Shown: positions 19,790 through 29,693, counted from the first letter of the stretch. The stretch is 64,000 nucleotides of DNA from an uncultured Nitrososphaerota archaeon (GCA_963838925.1 CAWISW010000003.1:754595-818594), one strand, 5' to 3'. Program-made: numbers and translations. Notes: a model not told the origin generated them from the letters alone.

Positions 19790-20088
19790 CCGCCGCCAAG
19801 GCCAAGAGCCCCGAGGCGGGCCTGAGCGTCGTGCTCATGATCGAGTGCGCGGACGAGGCAGTGGCCGACGCGCTGAACCAGGCCCTCATGCCGGACAACA
19901 GGTACTTCCCGAAGGACCAGCGGTTCAGGGCGTCGAAGGAGGGCTCCACCATCCGTTTCGAGGTCGACTCCCCGAGGGCTAGGCCCGTCATCAGCACCGT
20001 CTCGAGCATAATCTCTGACGCCCGGCTCTTCCGCGACGTCTGGGTGGAGGCGAAGACCCGTGGGCTGGGAAACGCCGCGCAGGGGTGA
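19786..20088 (+). CDS. pcc1: KEOPS subunit Pcc1
   Basis: Size, ALMPDN motif and position after DHH; an in-frame CTG at 19786 overlaps the DHH stop (first canonical start is GTG 19831). Confidence 0.75.
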   Translation: MTAAKAKSPEAGLSVVLMIECADEAVADALNQALMPDNRYFPKDQRFRASKEGSTIRFEVDSPRARPVISTVSSIISDARLFRDVWVEAKTRGLGNAAQG

Positions 20089-20166
20089 CAGAAGGCACGG
20101 CCGTAGCCGCCGCGTTATCGGGGCGCGAAGGTTAATGCGAGGGGCGGACGAGGGGAGAGGAGAACA

Positions 20167-21441
20167 ATGCTCGACGTGAAGCTGCTCCGCGAGAGCCCCG
20201 ACACAATCAGGAAGGACCTCAGGAAGCGAGGCTGGCTCGAGAAGCTGCCGCTCGTGGACGAGGCCGTCGCGGACGACGCCGAGTGGCGGCAGGCCAAGAA
20301 GCGCGTCGACGACCTGAGGCACGCCCAGAACAAGCTCACAGCCGAGATAGCCACGCTGAAGAGGGCAGGAAAGGACGCGAAGGACAAGCTCGGGGAGGTG
20401 AAGGGGATACCCGAGGAGATCGCGGCGCTGGAGAAGAGGGCCCAGGAGCTTCAAGCGAGGGTCAGGGAGATACTCATGTCGCTGCCGAACATCCTCCACG
20501 AGTCCGTGCCCACGGGGCCCGACGAGAGCGGGAACGTCACGGTGAGGACCTGGGGCAAGCCGAGGAAGTTCGACTTCAAGCCGAAGGACCACCTCGACCT
20601 GCTGGGGGCCCTCGGGCTCATCGACATGGAGCGGGCGGCGAAGGTCTCGGGCGCGCGGTTCTTCTTCCTGAAGGGGGACGCCCTTCGGCTCGAGCAGTCG
20701 ATAATGAGGTACGCGGTGGACTTCCTCTCCGACAGGGGCTTCACCGCGGTCGGCCCGCCGCTGATGATGCGAAAGGAGGCGTACGCGGGGGTGGTCGACC
20801 TCGCGGACTTCGGGCCCGTCATCTACAAGGTGGAGGGGGACGACCTCTATCTCATCGCCACCTCGGAGCACCCCCTGGTCGCCATGCACATGGACGAGAT
20901 CATGCAGGGCGGCTCGCTTCCCGTGAAGTACTGCGGGTTCAGCCCCAACTTCAGGGTCGAGGCCGGGGCCCACGGCAAGGACACCAAGGGGATATTCCGC
21001 ACCCACCAGTTCTACAAGGTCGAGCAGGTGGTCTTCTCGAAGCCCGAGCAGAGCTGGCAGCTCCACGAGGAGCTCATAGGGAACGCGGAGGCCATCTTCC
21101 AGAGCTTCGGGCTGCACTACCGCGTCGTGAACATCTGCACGGGGGACATAGGCACGGTCGCGGCGAAGAAGTACGACCTCGAGGCTTGGATGCCCACCCA
21201 GGAGAGGTTCAGGGAGATGGTCTCCTGCAGCAACGTGACGGACTACCAGGCCAGGCGCCTGATGATCCGGTACAAGGAGAAGCAGAGCTCCGAGCCCACG
21301 CTCGTCCACACGCTCAACTCGACCGCGGTCACCACGCGGGCGCTGGTCGCGATAGTGGAGAACTGCCAGCAGGAGGACGGCTCGATATCCATCCCGAAGC
21401 CGCTGGTGCCGTACATGGGCGGGCGCGAGAAGATTTCCTAG
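20167..21441 (+). CDS. serS: Seryl-tRNA synthetase
   Basis: YLIATSE, FRVEAGAHGKDTKGIFRTHQF, EMVSCSN, HTLNST. Confidence 0.97.
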   Translation: MLDVKLLRESPDTIRKDLRKRGWLEKLPLVDEAVADDAEWRQAKKRVDDLRHAQNKLTAEIATLKRAGKDAKDKLGEVKGIPEEIAALEKRAQELQARVREILMSLPNILHESVPTGPDESGNVTVRTWGKPRKFDFKPKDHLDLLGALGLIDMERAAKVSGARFFFLKGDALRLEQSIMRYAVDFLSDRGFTAVGPPLMMRKEAYAGVVDLADFGPVIYKVEGDDLYLIATSEHPLVAMHMDEIMQGGSLPVKYCGFSPNFRVEAGAHGKDTKGIFRTHQFYKVEQVVFSKPEQSWQLHEELIGNAEAIFQSFGLHYRVVNICTGDIGTVAAKKYDLEAWMPTQERFREMVSCSNVTDYQARRLMIRYKEKQSSEPTLVHTLNSTAVTTRALVAIVENCQQEDGSISIPKPLVPYMGGREKIS

Positions 21442-21482
21442 GTCGATGTTTTTAAGCCAGATAAATCAGGCCGGCAAGCTAG

Positions 21483-22121
21483 TTGCCCAAGAAAGTAACA
21501 GGGAAGGTGCGGGACAAGTGGAAACTGAAGCAATGGGTCACAGTCCTCGCCTCCCCGTCGTTCGGGAACGCGCCCATCGGCAGGGTGCCGATGACCGACA
21601 TCGAGAAGCCCGCCGGGCGGGTCGTCGAGACGACGCTCTACGACATCCTGAAGCAGGACCCACAGCACTACAGCTTCAAGCTCTACTTCCAGATAGACAG
21701 GGTCGACGGCGACACCGCCTACACCATCCTAAAGGCGCACGAGTACTCGAGGGAGTACCTCCGCAGCCTGATCAGGAGGGGCTCGTCGATGTCAGACTTC
21801 ATCAAGGACTACACGACGAAGGACGGCTACGTCGTCAGGGTCTACACGATAGCTCTCTCGCAAGGGAGGATGAACGCGTCAAAGAAGCACGAGATCCGCA
21901 TGATCACCGACAAGATAATCGGGGAGCGGGCCGCGTCCTTGGAGTACGACCAGTTCGTCCAGGAGACCGTCCTCCAGAAGCTCGCCTCCGACGTCTACAA
22001 CGAGGCGAAGAACATCACCAGGCTGAGGCACGTCGGCGTGAGGAAGACCAAGCTCATCGGCAGGCCTACTGCCGCGTCGGCCGAAGCGCCGATCGAAGAG
22101 CTAGCCGCGCCTGCCGCTTGA
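21483..22121 (+). CDS. rps3ae: 30S ribosomal protein eS1 (S3Ae)
   Basis: RDKWKLKQW, GRVVETTLYD, YLRSLIRRGSS. Confidence 0.96.
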   Translation: MPKKVTGKVRDKWKLKQWVTVLASPSFGNAPIGRVPMTDIEKPAGRVVETTLYDILKQDPQHYSFKLYFQIDRVDGDTAYTILKAHEYSREYLRSLIRRGSSMSDFIKDYTTKDGYVVRVYTIALSQGRMNASKKHEIRMITDKIIGERAASLEYDQFVQETVLQKLASDVYNEAKNITRLRHVGVRKTKLIGRPTAASAEAPIEELAAPAA

Positions 22122-23303
22122 GATAATCTTCACGATATCCCTGTCTTTCAGCACATAGTCTGAAGAGAGTCTCATCCCCGTCCTCGCGTCCATAGCGTAG
22201 AGGAAAGTCTGCGCGAGGTCGCTGTGAATCCTCCTCGCCAGGTCCAGCGCGGTCGACCCCCCGTTCATCACGTACGCGTCCGGCAGCACGTCCCCGTCCT
22301 TGTTGCAGAGCTTCGTCTCGTCCTCCACCGGGTAGACGACCACCGCTTTGAGGAGCCCGAAGTACGCCTGGTCGATGGCCTGCTGCACCCCCGTGCTCCC
22401 GTAGACGTCGATGACCCTCTCCTTCACCAGCTCGAGCGCCCTCGCCTGGGCCGGCGTCAGCCCCTCCTTGGTCACCTTGAACGACGCGTCGCCCGGCGTG
22501 TAGGCGATTACGCCCGCCTCGGCCGCCTTGCGCAGGAGCAGCTCCGCCTCCGCCGCGCATGGTATGACGGTCTTCCCAGAGCTCCTCAGGGCCGGGATCT
22601 TGTCCGCCGCTGACGGCAGGTCGGCCTTGTTCGCCGCGATCAGGCTGGGCTTGTTCCTCTCCCTGAGCGCCCTCACGAACGACTCGAGCGAGCCCGGCCC
22701 CCAGCCCAGGGGCCTGTCAGCCTTGAGGTGCAGCTTGAGGAGGGTCTCCTCGACCATCGCCTCTGTGATCCCGATGCCGGTGAGCCTCTGTGCGAGCGCG
22801 GGCACCACGCTCGTCTTCAGCTGCTCTGAGAGCTTGGAGGTCTTCTCCCAGTCTCGCTTGATTATCCCGAGGAGCCACTGGTCGACCTCGTTCTCCACCA
22901 TCTCGACGTCCTTCATGGGGTCCTGGCTCCCCGGGGCGGTCTTCTGCCCCTCCAGGTCGGTTGAGCCCGAGGCGTCGACGACGTGGACGACGGCGTCGGC
23001 CTGCATGATGTCCTCGAGGAACTGGTTCCCGAGCCCCCTCCCGGTGGCTGCGCCGGACACCAGGCCCGCGACGTCTATCAGCTTCACGGGGATCAGCCTC
23101 ACGCCGTTGGCGCAGACCGAGTTCTTCGGCTTGTCGACGACGCCCATCTCCTCGTGGATGCACTTCGTCCGGAGGTACGCCATCCCGACGTTCGGCTTTA
23201 TGGTCGTGAACGGGAAGTCCGCGATGGGGACGCTCTTCAGCGTCGCCGCGACGAAGAAGGTCGACTTGCCGACGTTTGGCTTCCCCAGGATCCCGACTAT
23301 CAG
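22101..23303 (-). CDS. ychF: YchF/Obg-family GTPase with TGS domain
   Basis: GKPNVGKST and FPFTTIKPN lie upstream of the track's ATG 23183; DVAGL, ANKAD and a TGS tail follow; the best available start before the P-loop is CTG 23303. Confidence 0.92.
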   Translation of the reverse strand: MIVGILGKPNVGKSTFFVAATLKSVPIADFPFTTIKPNVGMAYLRTKCIHEEMGVVDKPKNSVCANGVRLIPVKLIDVAGLVSGAATGRGLGNQFLEDIMQADAVVHVVDASGSTDLEGQKTAPGSQDPMKDVEMVENEVDQWLLGIIKRDWEKTSKLSEQLKTSVVPALAQRLTGIGITEAMVEETLLKLHLKADRPLGWGPGSLESFVRALRERNKPSLIAANKADLPSAADKIPALRSSGKTVIPCAAEAELLLRKAAEAGVIAYTPGDASFKVTKEGLTPAQARALELVKERVIDVYGSTGVQQAIDQAYFGLLKAVVVYPVEDETKLCNKDGDVLPDAYVMNGGSTALDLARRIHSDLAQTFLYAMDARTGMRLSSDYVLKDRDIVKIISSGRRG

Positions 23304-23890
23304 GAGCCCTCGCGCCTCGTTTTCTTCCTGGTGATCAGCCGGACTCGCACGTCAACCGCGTGGTAGCTCTTTGGGAAGGCGAGACGGCTCTCGCTGTGGA
23401 TGCAGAACTCGGGCGAAGGGCCTAGGACCATCTGCCGCTGCCACAGGTCGGTCCTCCTGTCTCCCGCCAACTTTGAGAGGTCCTCCAGGAATGCCTGATA
23501 AGTCGTCCGGGGCGGCTTTTGGACCCAGGCCGCGAACCGTGCCTCGCCCAGGGGGAGCCCTCCCCTCCGCAGCCTGTAGAGCCCTCCTGCCCCGCCGGAC
23601 GCCTCCATCGCGACGTCGTCGTGCGCCTTCCTGTTGTCGTCGGACACCGCCCCTTCGTTCAGCGCTCCCAGCGACGCGTAGTCCCTCACCACGTACCAGT
23701 CCTCGCAGGCCCCAGAGCGGGCGCCCGCCCAGGGAAGGGCCCTGACGCGGAAGCTGAGGGTGTCGACGAGCCCGTCCGGCGCGTGCGCCTTGAGCGAGGC
23801 CTCGAACTCCAGGAGCTTCCCCTCGTACGCGCTCTGGCTGATGCCCGGCCGGGGCCAGTGCCAGAAGACGTAGCCGAGGGGGGACGACAA
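23300..23890 (-). CDS. Hypothetical protein
   Basis: GYVFWHWPR, EDWYVV, LWQRQMVLGPSPEFC; host-like codon usage; TTG start at 23890; stop overlaps the ychF start. Confidence 0.75.
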   Translation of the reverse strand: MSSPLGYVFWHWPRPGISQSAYEGKLLEFEASLKAHAPDGLVDTLSFRVRALPWAGARSGACEDWYVVRDYASLGALNEGAVSDDNRKAHDDVAMEASGGAGGLYRLRRGGLPLGEARFAAWVQKPPRTTYQAFLEDLSKLAGDRRTDLWQRQMVLGPSPEFCIHSESRLAFPKSYHAVDVRVRLITRKKTRREGS

Positions 23891-23978
23891 GGCGCGGGTC
23901 AGGCGCGTCCGCGTCGCTCTAGGTAAAAAGCCATCCCGAGACAAACCATTTACATCGAGCGACGCCTCCCCGCTACCC

Positions 23979-25292
23979 ATGCCCAGGGTGGTGGTGGTCG
24001 GCGGCGGGGTGGCCGGCCTGTCAGCCGCCCTGGCCGCCTCTGGGATGGGGGCGAAGACAACCCTCCTCGAGTCGTCGAAGAAGGTCGGGGTGTCCAGGGC
24101 CCTGATGCCACTCTTGCTCTCCGACGGGTGGACGGAGGACGACCTCGTCCTCCCTCAGGCGGACGCGCTCTCGGGCGCCGGCGTCCAGGTGAGGACGGGC
24201 GTCACAGTCGAGTCCGTCCAGCACAGGGAGGGGATCGTCCGAGTCTCTTCGTCCTCGGCCGGCCTAGGGTTCGACTCCGTCGTGCTCTGCACCGGAGCGG
24301 CCAGCGACGTCCCTCAGCTCAGGGGCGTCACGAAGCCGAACGTCTTCGTCCTGAGGGAGCCCGCGGACTACCTCAGGCTCTCCAAGTCGCTGCCCTCCCT
24401 TGAGACTCTGGTCGTCTCGGGCCCCATCCCGCTGGGCCTGAAGCTCGGCGAGATCCTCTCGGCGAAGGGGAAGCGCGCCCTCGTCTACTGCGGGAAGGAG
24501 GGCCTCGCCCGCCAGTTCTCGGAGTCGGTCGCCGCCGCGATTCGGCGCGAGGCCTCGGCAATGGGCGAGGACCGCCGCTTGACCCTCGTCGACGACTCGG
24601 TCGACTCCATCCTGGGGGTAAGGACCGCCGAGGCTGTCTCCTCGTCCGGGGCCGTCCAGACGTGCGACGGGGTCGTGGTCATCCCGAGGAGCGTCCCCTC
24701 CTTCCCGAAGGTGGAGTGCGAGAAGGGGCGCGACGGCGGGCTCCTGGTCGACTCCGCCATGTGCACCAGCCTCCGAGGCGTCTACGCAGCGGGGGACTCC
24801 GCTGAGATCAGGTTCAAGTCCGGCTCCGTGCCCGCGCGCCTCTACTCCACCAGCAGGATGGGGGGCGAGGTCGCGGGGATCAACGCAGCCGGGGGGAAGG
24901 CGTCCGCGGCGCCCTCCTGGTCGGTGGAGCAGACCTACTTCGGGCTGGAGTTCTGCTCCGCCGGGCTCAGCGAGGCGGAGGCCTCGGCCATGGGGCTCGA
25001 AGCCCTCACCTTCGACGGCGCCTCGAGGGAAGTCCTCCGTGGCGGTGCCGGCCGTCCCCACGAGACCCTTGTCTCCATCGTCTATGACGCGGCGACCCAC
25101 CAGGTCTACGGCCTCCAGGTCGCGGGCTGGCGCGCCTCCTCCCTGTCGAGCGCGGCCTCCATGATAGTCTCCCTCGGCCTGACGGTCGAGCAGCTCGTCC
25201 ACCTCGAGACCCCGTACTCGCCGGGCTCCAGTTACGACGTTTCTCCAATATCCTTAACAGCAGGAAAAATCCCGCGGTCCAAAGGAAGCTGA
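23979..25292 (+). CDS. FAD-dependent NADH oxidase/CoA-disulfide reductase-like protein (divergent)
   Basis: GGGVAG, LCTGA, VYAAGD and a C-terminal dimerisation domain. Confidence 0.85.
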   Translation: MPRVVVVGGGVAGLSAALAASGMGAKTTLLESSKKVGVSRALMPLLLSDGWTEDDLVLPQADALSGAGVQVRTGVTVESVQHREGIVRVSSSSAGLGFDSVVLCTGAASDVPQLRGVTKPNVFVLREPADYLRLSKSLPSLETLVVSGPIPLGLKLGEILSAKGKRALVYCGKEGLARQFSESVAAAIRREASAMGEDRRLTLVDDSVDSILGVRTAEAVSSSGAVQTCDGVVVIPRSVPSFPKVECEKGRDGGLLVDSAMCTSLRGVYAAGDSAEIRFKSGSVPARLYSTSRMGGEVAGINAAGGKASAAPSWSVEQTYFGLEFCSAGLSEAEASAMGLEALTFDGASREVLRGGAGRPHETLVSIVYDAATHQVYGLQVAGWRASSLSSAASMIVSLGLTVEQLVHLETPYSPGSSYDVSPISLTAGKIPRSKGS

Positions 25293-25293
25293 C

Positions 25294-26214
25294 TTGGCGA
25301 AGCGCAGAGTCCTGGTCTGCGACGCGATGGACGTCGCGACGCTTGGATTGACCGACGCCTTCGAGGTCGACTACGAGCCGAAGATCACCAAGGAGGAGCT
25401 CCTCTCAAGGGTCGAGAACTACGACGCCCTCGTAATCCGCAGCAGGACGAAGGTGGACGCGGAGGTGATAGCGCGCGGGACCCATCTGAAGATCGTCGCA
25501 AGGTCAGGAAGCGGGGTCGACAACATAGACCTCAGGGCCGCGAACGCCAATGGGGTCGAGGTGGTTAGCAGCCCCGAGGCGCTCGTAGAGTCCGTCGCGG
25601 AGCACGTGATAGGCCTGATGCTGACGCTTGCCAGGAACATCCCCGGGGCGGACGCCGCGATGAAGGAAGGGAGGTGGGACAAGGAGCGGTTCGTCGGCGT
25701 CGAGCTGAGGGGCAAGACCCTCGGGATCGCCGGGCTCGGGCGCATCGGGAAGCGGGTCGCCGAGATAGCCCGCGTCATCGGGATGTCACTCCTCGCCTAC
25801 GACGTGGTCGAGATACCGCAGGAGACCCTGGCCTCCATGGGCTGCAGGATGGTCGACCTGGACACCCTCTTCGCGTCCTCCGACTTCATAACCCTCCACA
25901 TCCCCCTCACCTCCGAGACGAGGCGCATGGTCGACTCGCGCAGGCTGTCGCTGATGAAGAGGAGCGCGTTTCTCATAAACACCTCCCGCGGCGAGGTGAT
26001 AGACGAGGCGGCCCTCGGGCGCGCCCTGAGGGCAGGAGAGATAGGAGGGGCGGCGCTCGACGTCTTCGAAAGCGAGCCTCCTCGCTCGGACATCGCGACC
26101 GCGCCGAACATCATAGCGACGCCCCACATCGGGGGGCAGACCAGGGACGCCCAAGCGATGGCCGTGACCATAGTCGGCGCCAAGATCAACCAGTTCTTTG
26201 CGGGAAGGCAGTAG
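25294..26214 (+). CDS. serA: D-2-hydroxyacid / D-3-phosphoglycerate dehydrogenase (no ACT domain)
   Basis: RSGSGVDNID, GLGRIG, INTSRG, ALDVFESEP, TPHIGGQT. Confidence 0.85.
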   Translation: MAKRRVLVCDAMDVATLGLTDAFEVDYEPKITKEELLSRVENYDALVIRSRTKVDAEVIARGTHLKIVARSGSGVDNIDLRAANANGVEVVSSPEALVESVAEHVIGLMLTLARNIPGADAAMKEGRWDKERFVGVELRGKTLGIAGLGRIGKRVAEIARVIGMSLLAYDVVEIPQETLASMGCRMVDLDTLFASSDFITLHIPLTSETRRMVDSRRLSLMKRSAFLINTSRGEVIDEAALGRALRAGEIGGAALDVFESEPPRSDIATAPNIIATPHIGGQTRDAQAMAVTIVGAKINQFFAGRQ

Positions 26215-26249
26215 AGCGAAGACTTATCTTCCTCTTTCAAACCGGGGCA

Positions 26250-26714
26250 ATGTTCGCTTTGTACAGACAGATAGGGGAGACCTGGCAGAAGGTCTTCAAG
26301 GACAAGTCGGGAGACATCCTCGAGAGGGCGGTCGCCCTGAGGAGGGGCCCGACCATGGAGCGCATCGCGCGCCCCTCGCGCCTGAACAAGGCGAGGATGC
26401 TGGGCTACAAGGCAAAGGAAGGAGTGGTGGTAATCAGGATAAGGGTCGCCTCCGGCGGAATGAGGCGGCCTCGCCCTGTGTCAGGCCGCAGGCCGAAGCA
26501 CTTGGGGGTCCTCAGGATGAAGTCGGACGAGCCGGTGCAGAAGGTCGCGGAGCGGCGCGTCTGGCAGAAGCACGCCAACCTCAAGATGCTCGGTTCCTAC
26601 GAGCTCTGGGTGGACGGCAAGCACAGGTGGTACGAGTGCATCATGATCGACCCCGAGCACCCGGTCATCAAGAAGGACTACGACTACCGGCGCAGACTCG
26701 GCCTGGTCTCCTGA
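26250..26714 (+). CDS. rpl15e: 50S ribosomal protein eL15 (short form)
   Basis: RPSRLNKARMLGYKAKEG, GRRPK, VAERRV, DGKHRWYE, DPEHP; ATG 26250. Confidence 0.93.
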   Translation: MFALYRQIGETWQKVFKDKSGDILERAVALRRGPTMERIARPSRLNKARMLGYKAKEGVVVIRIRVASGGMRRPRPVSGRRPKHLGVLRMKSDEPVQKVAERRVWQKHANLKMLGSYELWVDGKHRWYECIMIDPEHPVIKKDYDYRRRLGLVS

Positions 26715-26716
26715 GC

Positions 26717-27991
26717 CTAGAAGCCTACAAGCTGCGGCTGTTCCGGCTTCAAGACCTCCCTCAGCAGGACCGTCGCATACTCGCCCTTCCCCAGCGAGAA
26801 CTCCAGCACGAAGCCCCTCTCCTCCCTTGCGCATGACAGGTCGCTCGAGAGGAGCGGCGCAGGCCTGAACCCGCCCTCGCTGCTCATCTCCTCGGCCTCC
26901 TTGATGTAGAACGCCCCCGGGGCGATCCCTTCTTCCTCGATCACCTTGGCGAGGACGGCGTCGAACCTCGACCCGTAGTTCCTGTACGCATATCCCACTA
27001 TCTGCAATAGGGGGACGGAGACGCCCTCCTTGGGAACCTCCTCCCTCACCCCGTGCACCCTCCCCACCGTTAGCCCGTCGTCCTTGAGGCGCGCCCAGTT
27101 GTCCCCTGGCAGGGCCTTTGAGATGTCGAGCCCCTCGGCCAGAGCCCTGCTCAAGGCGAGGTTGAAGATGTACGCCTGGTACGAGTTCACCAGAAGGCGC
27201 CTGATGGGGATGGGTATCCTCCTGAGCGCGCCTATGTGGTCCTCGGGCTTCTGGGCGAGGTGCGAGGCGATCTTCCGCTCCAGGTCCTGACGAGGCGAGA
27301 ACAGCCGGAGCGCCTCCCCGTAGCGCCCCTCCCCGCACAGCCTTCTGGCCTCCCTGGCGTCCTCGTCCTCCCCCTCCCTCGGGTCCGCGACCATCAGCCC
27401 GACCGCGCCTCCAAAGTCCTTCGCGACTATCGCCTTCCCCACCCTGCGGTTCACCCCTCCCTTCAGGCCGAACCTCTGGTAGCCGTAGAAGTTCGCGACC
27501 CGCCTGGCCCCGCACGCGGCGAAGCACCTCTCGACGTCGCCCCCTATGTCCTCTTGAGTCTCCAGGAGTATCCTGAAACTGTTCCCGGTGAGCATCCCCC
27601 TCGTGATGGGCCTCGAGAATCCTACCAGCACTGCCTCGAACCTGCTCCCGTGGAGCTCCGGAGGAGAGGACGCCCGCGTGCTCCTCGCGCTCATGTACTG
27701 GACGACAGTGGCGTTCTTGTCCTTCAGGCCCGCGAAGTTCACCTCGCTCTTGATCATCTCGGCGATCTCCCTTGCGACGTGGGGCGTGTCGACCCCCGCC
27801 TTGGTCACCCTGTAGACGGGGACGAGCCCCGGCTCCTTGGCCTGGACGACGCCCTTGAGGGAGATGAGCTCCTGGACCTGGAAGTCGTTGAAGCTCGTCC
27901 TCAGGCGGCCTTCGTGCCGCCCCCCTTCGGTGGAGTATCGAAGCAGGCCTGAGTCTGTGTCTATCTGCGGGGGCTGCGCCTCAGCCGTCAT
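26717..27991 (-). CDS. truD: tRNA pseudouridine(13) synthase
   Basis: DFQVQE, AGLKDKNATVVQ, GNSFRI, NFYGYQRFG, YQAYIFN, GEYATVLLRE. Confidence 0.95.
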   Translation of the reverse strand: MTAEAQPPQIDTDSGLLRYSTEGGRHEGRLRTSFNDFQVQELISLKGVVQAKEPGLVPVYRVTKAGVDTPHVAREIAEMIKSEVNFAGLKDKNATVVQYMSARSTRASSPPELHGSRFEAVLVGFSRPITRGMLTGNSFRILLETQEDIGGDVERCFAACGARRVANFYGYQRFGLKGGVNRRVGKAIVAKDFGGAVGLMVADPREGEDEDAREARRLCGEGRYGEALRLFSPRQDLERKIASHLAQKPEDHIGALRRIPIPIRRLLVNSYQAYIFNLALSRALAEGLDISKALPGDNWARLKDDGLTVGRVHGVREEVPKEGVSVPLLQIVGYAYRNYGSRFDAVLAKVIEEEGIAPGAFYIKEAEEMSSEGGFRPAPLLSSDLSCAREERGFVLEFSLGKGEYATVLLREVLKPEQPQLVGF

Positions 27992-27993
27992 CG

Positions 27994-28353
27994 TCAAAGC
28001 AGCTTCAGTTTGCCGGTGACCTTGTCGATCTCGCCAGAAGGCCCGGGCCCAATCCCGAGGCACGTCGTGGTCCCAGGCTCGACCTGGGTCAGGCCCCTGT
28101 CCACGATGAGGGACGAGGGGAGGCCGAGGCTCCTCGCCTGCTTCTGGAGGTCTGTCAAAGCGCTCTCCCCCCCTTCAGACTTGACCACGACCTTCGCCTG
28201 GCCCTGCTCCCTCCAAGAATCATACCAGTCGGGGTGCTTGTGCCGGGCCGCCTCCGCGGCGTCGAGGGCCGCGTGGGCCACCTGCGCGGCGACCTTGCCC
28301 TTGCCCATCTTCAGGTCCGACCTGACCACGATTACCTGCTTGATTTCGGTCAC
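27994..28353 (-). CDS. pth2: Peptidyl-tRNA hydrolase Pth2
   Basis: KQVIVVRSDLKMGKGKVAAQVAHA, DRGLTQ, GIGPG, TGKLKLL. Confidence 0.97.
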   Translation of the reverse strand: MTEIKQVIVVRSDLKMGKGKVAAQVAHAALDAAEAARHKHPDWYDSWREQGQAKVVVKSEGGESALTDLQKQARSLGLPSSLIVDRGLTQVEPGTTTCLGIGPGPSGEIDKVTGKLKLL

Positions 28354-28421
28354 GACGGCCGGGCACCCAATTCGAAGGGTTATTACGCGCCGGGTTAAGG
28401 CTTGCTCCGGCTCTGGACACG

Positions 28422-29636
28422 GTGGATCTCATGCCAAACGCCTCCGACACCTCCTCCTCTCGCCGATTCGACGTCATCGTGGGCGGGGGGAGCGTGGCAG
28501 GGCTCGCCTTCGCAGCAGAGGCCTCGAAGAGAGGGCTCAGCGTGCTCGTGTTTGAGGAGGACGGCGAGATCGGCGAGCCCGAGAAGTGCGACGGGCTCGT
28601 CAGCCTCCAGGAGCTGAGGAGGTACGCCATGCCCGAGAAGTCGTGCGTGCAGAGCCGCGTGACCAAGGGGGTGGTGTATTCGCCCTCTGGAAGGAAGGCG
28701 TCCCTCGACGCCTCCCGCCTGGACGTCATAGTAATCGACAGGAGCGCGTTCGACAAGCAGCTCGCCCGGAACGCCGAAGCCTGGGGGGCGGAGGTGAGGC
28801 TGGGGGCTCGCGTCACGGCGGTCGAGGAGCGTGCGGACGGCGTGAAGGTGAGCGCCGGCTCCGAAGTTTACTCCTCGACGTACTACGTGGACGCGACCGG
28901 CCCTACAGGCGTGATGAAGTTCAACAGGAGCGGGCTCGTCCCGACCGCGAAGTACGAGGTGGAGGGCGACTGGTTCACCGACGGCGTCGTCGAGGTCTAC
29001 ACCGACCAGGAAAAGTACCCGGGCTTCTTCGCCTGGGTCATCCCCCGGGGCCCCGGGATAGCCAAGGTCGGGGCGGCTGGCTTCGGGATCAACGCCGTGA
29101 AGGCCCTCGAAGCCTTCCTGGCTGAGCGCGACTCCAAGATCGTTAGCAAGGTCGCCTGCACAATCTACGTCGGAGGCCCCATCGACCAGTTCGTCTCCGG
29201 GCGGACGGTGTACGTTGGGGAGTCCGCCGGTCAGGTCAAGCCGACGACCGCGGGAGGGATCCCGAGCTCGGTCGCGGGCGGGACCATCGCCGCCCGCTGG
29301 GTATCCGACTCCATCCAGCTGAAGGACCCCTCGCTCCTGGCGCGATACCAGCCCGACTGGTCTGGCAGGTACGGGAAGGAGTACAGGCTCATGACCAGGC
29401 TCAGGGGCATCTTTGAGAACCTCTCCAACAAGGACCTCGACAAGCTGGTGGCCACGCTCGAGCGGCCGAAGGTCGCCTCCAAGCTTGCCTCCGGGTCCTT
29501 CGACTTTCACGCGAGCGCCGCCCTCTCCGCCCTGGGGGTCAAGGGGCTCCTGCAGTTGGCGGGAGTGCTCGTCTCCTCGGAGGCGAAGCAGGCGGTGTCT
29601 GCCCTGGTCCGCCCTTCGGGCTCCAAAGAAAAGTGA
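28422..29636 (+). CDS. Geranylgeranyl reductase family flavoprotein
   Basis: GGGSVAG, PEKCDG, DRSAFD, FAWVIP, VGESAGQVKPTTAGGI. Confidence 0.9.
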   Translation: MDLMPNASDTSSSRRFDVIVGGGSVAGLAFAAEASKRGLSVLVFEEDGEIGEPEKCDGLVSLQELRRYAMPEKSCVQSRVTKGVVYSPSGRKASLDASRLDVIVIDRSAFDKQLARNAEAWGAEVRLGARVTAVEERADGVKVSAGSEVYSSTYYVDATGPTGVMKFNRSGLVPTAKYEVEGDWFTDGVVEVYTDQEKYPGFFAWVIPRGPGIAKVGAAGFGINAVKALEAFLAERDSKIVSKVACTIYVGGPIDQFVSGRTVYVGESAGQVKPTTAGGIPSSVAGGTIAARWVSDSIQLKDPSLLARYQPDWSGRYGKEYRLMTRLRGIFENLSNKDLDKLVATLERPKVASKLASGSFDFHASAALSALGVKGLLQLAGVLVSSEAKQAVSALVRPSGSKEK

Positions 29637-29693
29637 CCTGCGCGCGGGAAACTTCGGAAGGTATAATTCCTAGCCTCGGACGGGCCTTCTTGA

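Noticed and set aside
19630-21309. Long antisense and alternative-frame ORFs, here and throughout the track
   Set aside because: Shadow ORFs expected from high GC3; they overlap well-identified genes and show no motifs.
26250-26714. eL15 shorter than the usual ~190-220 aa
   Set aside because: Clean stop abutting truD with no frameshifted remainder; probably a lineage trait rather than a lesion.
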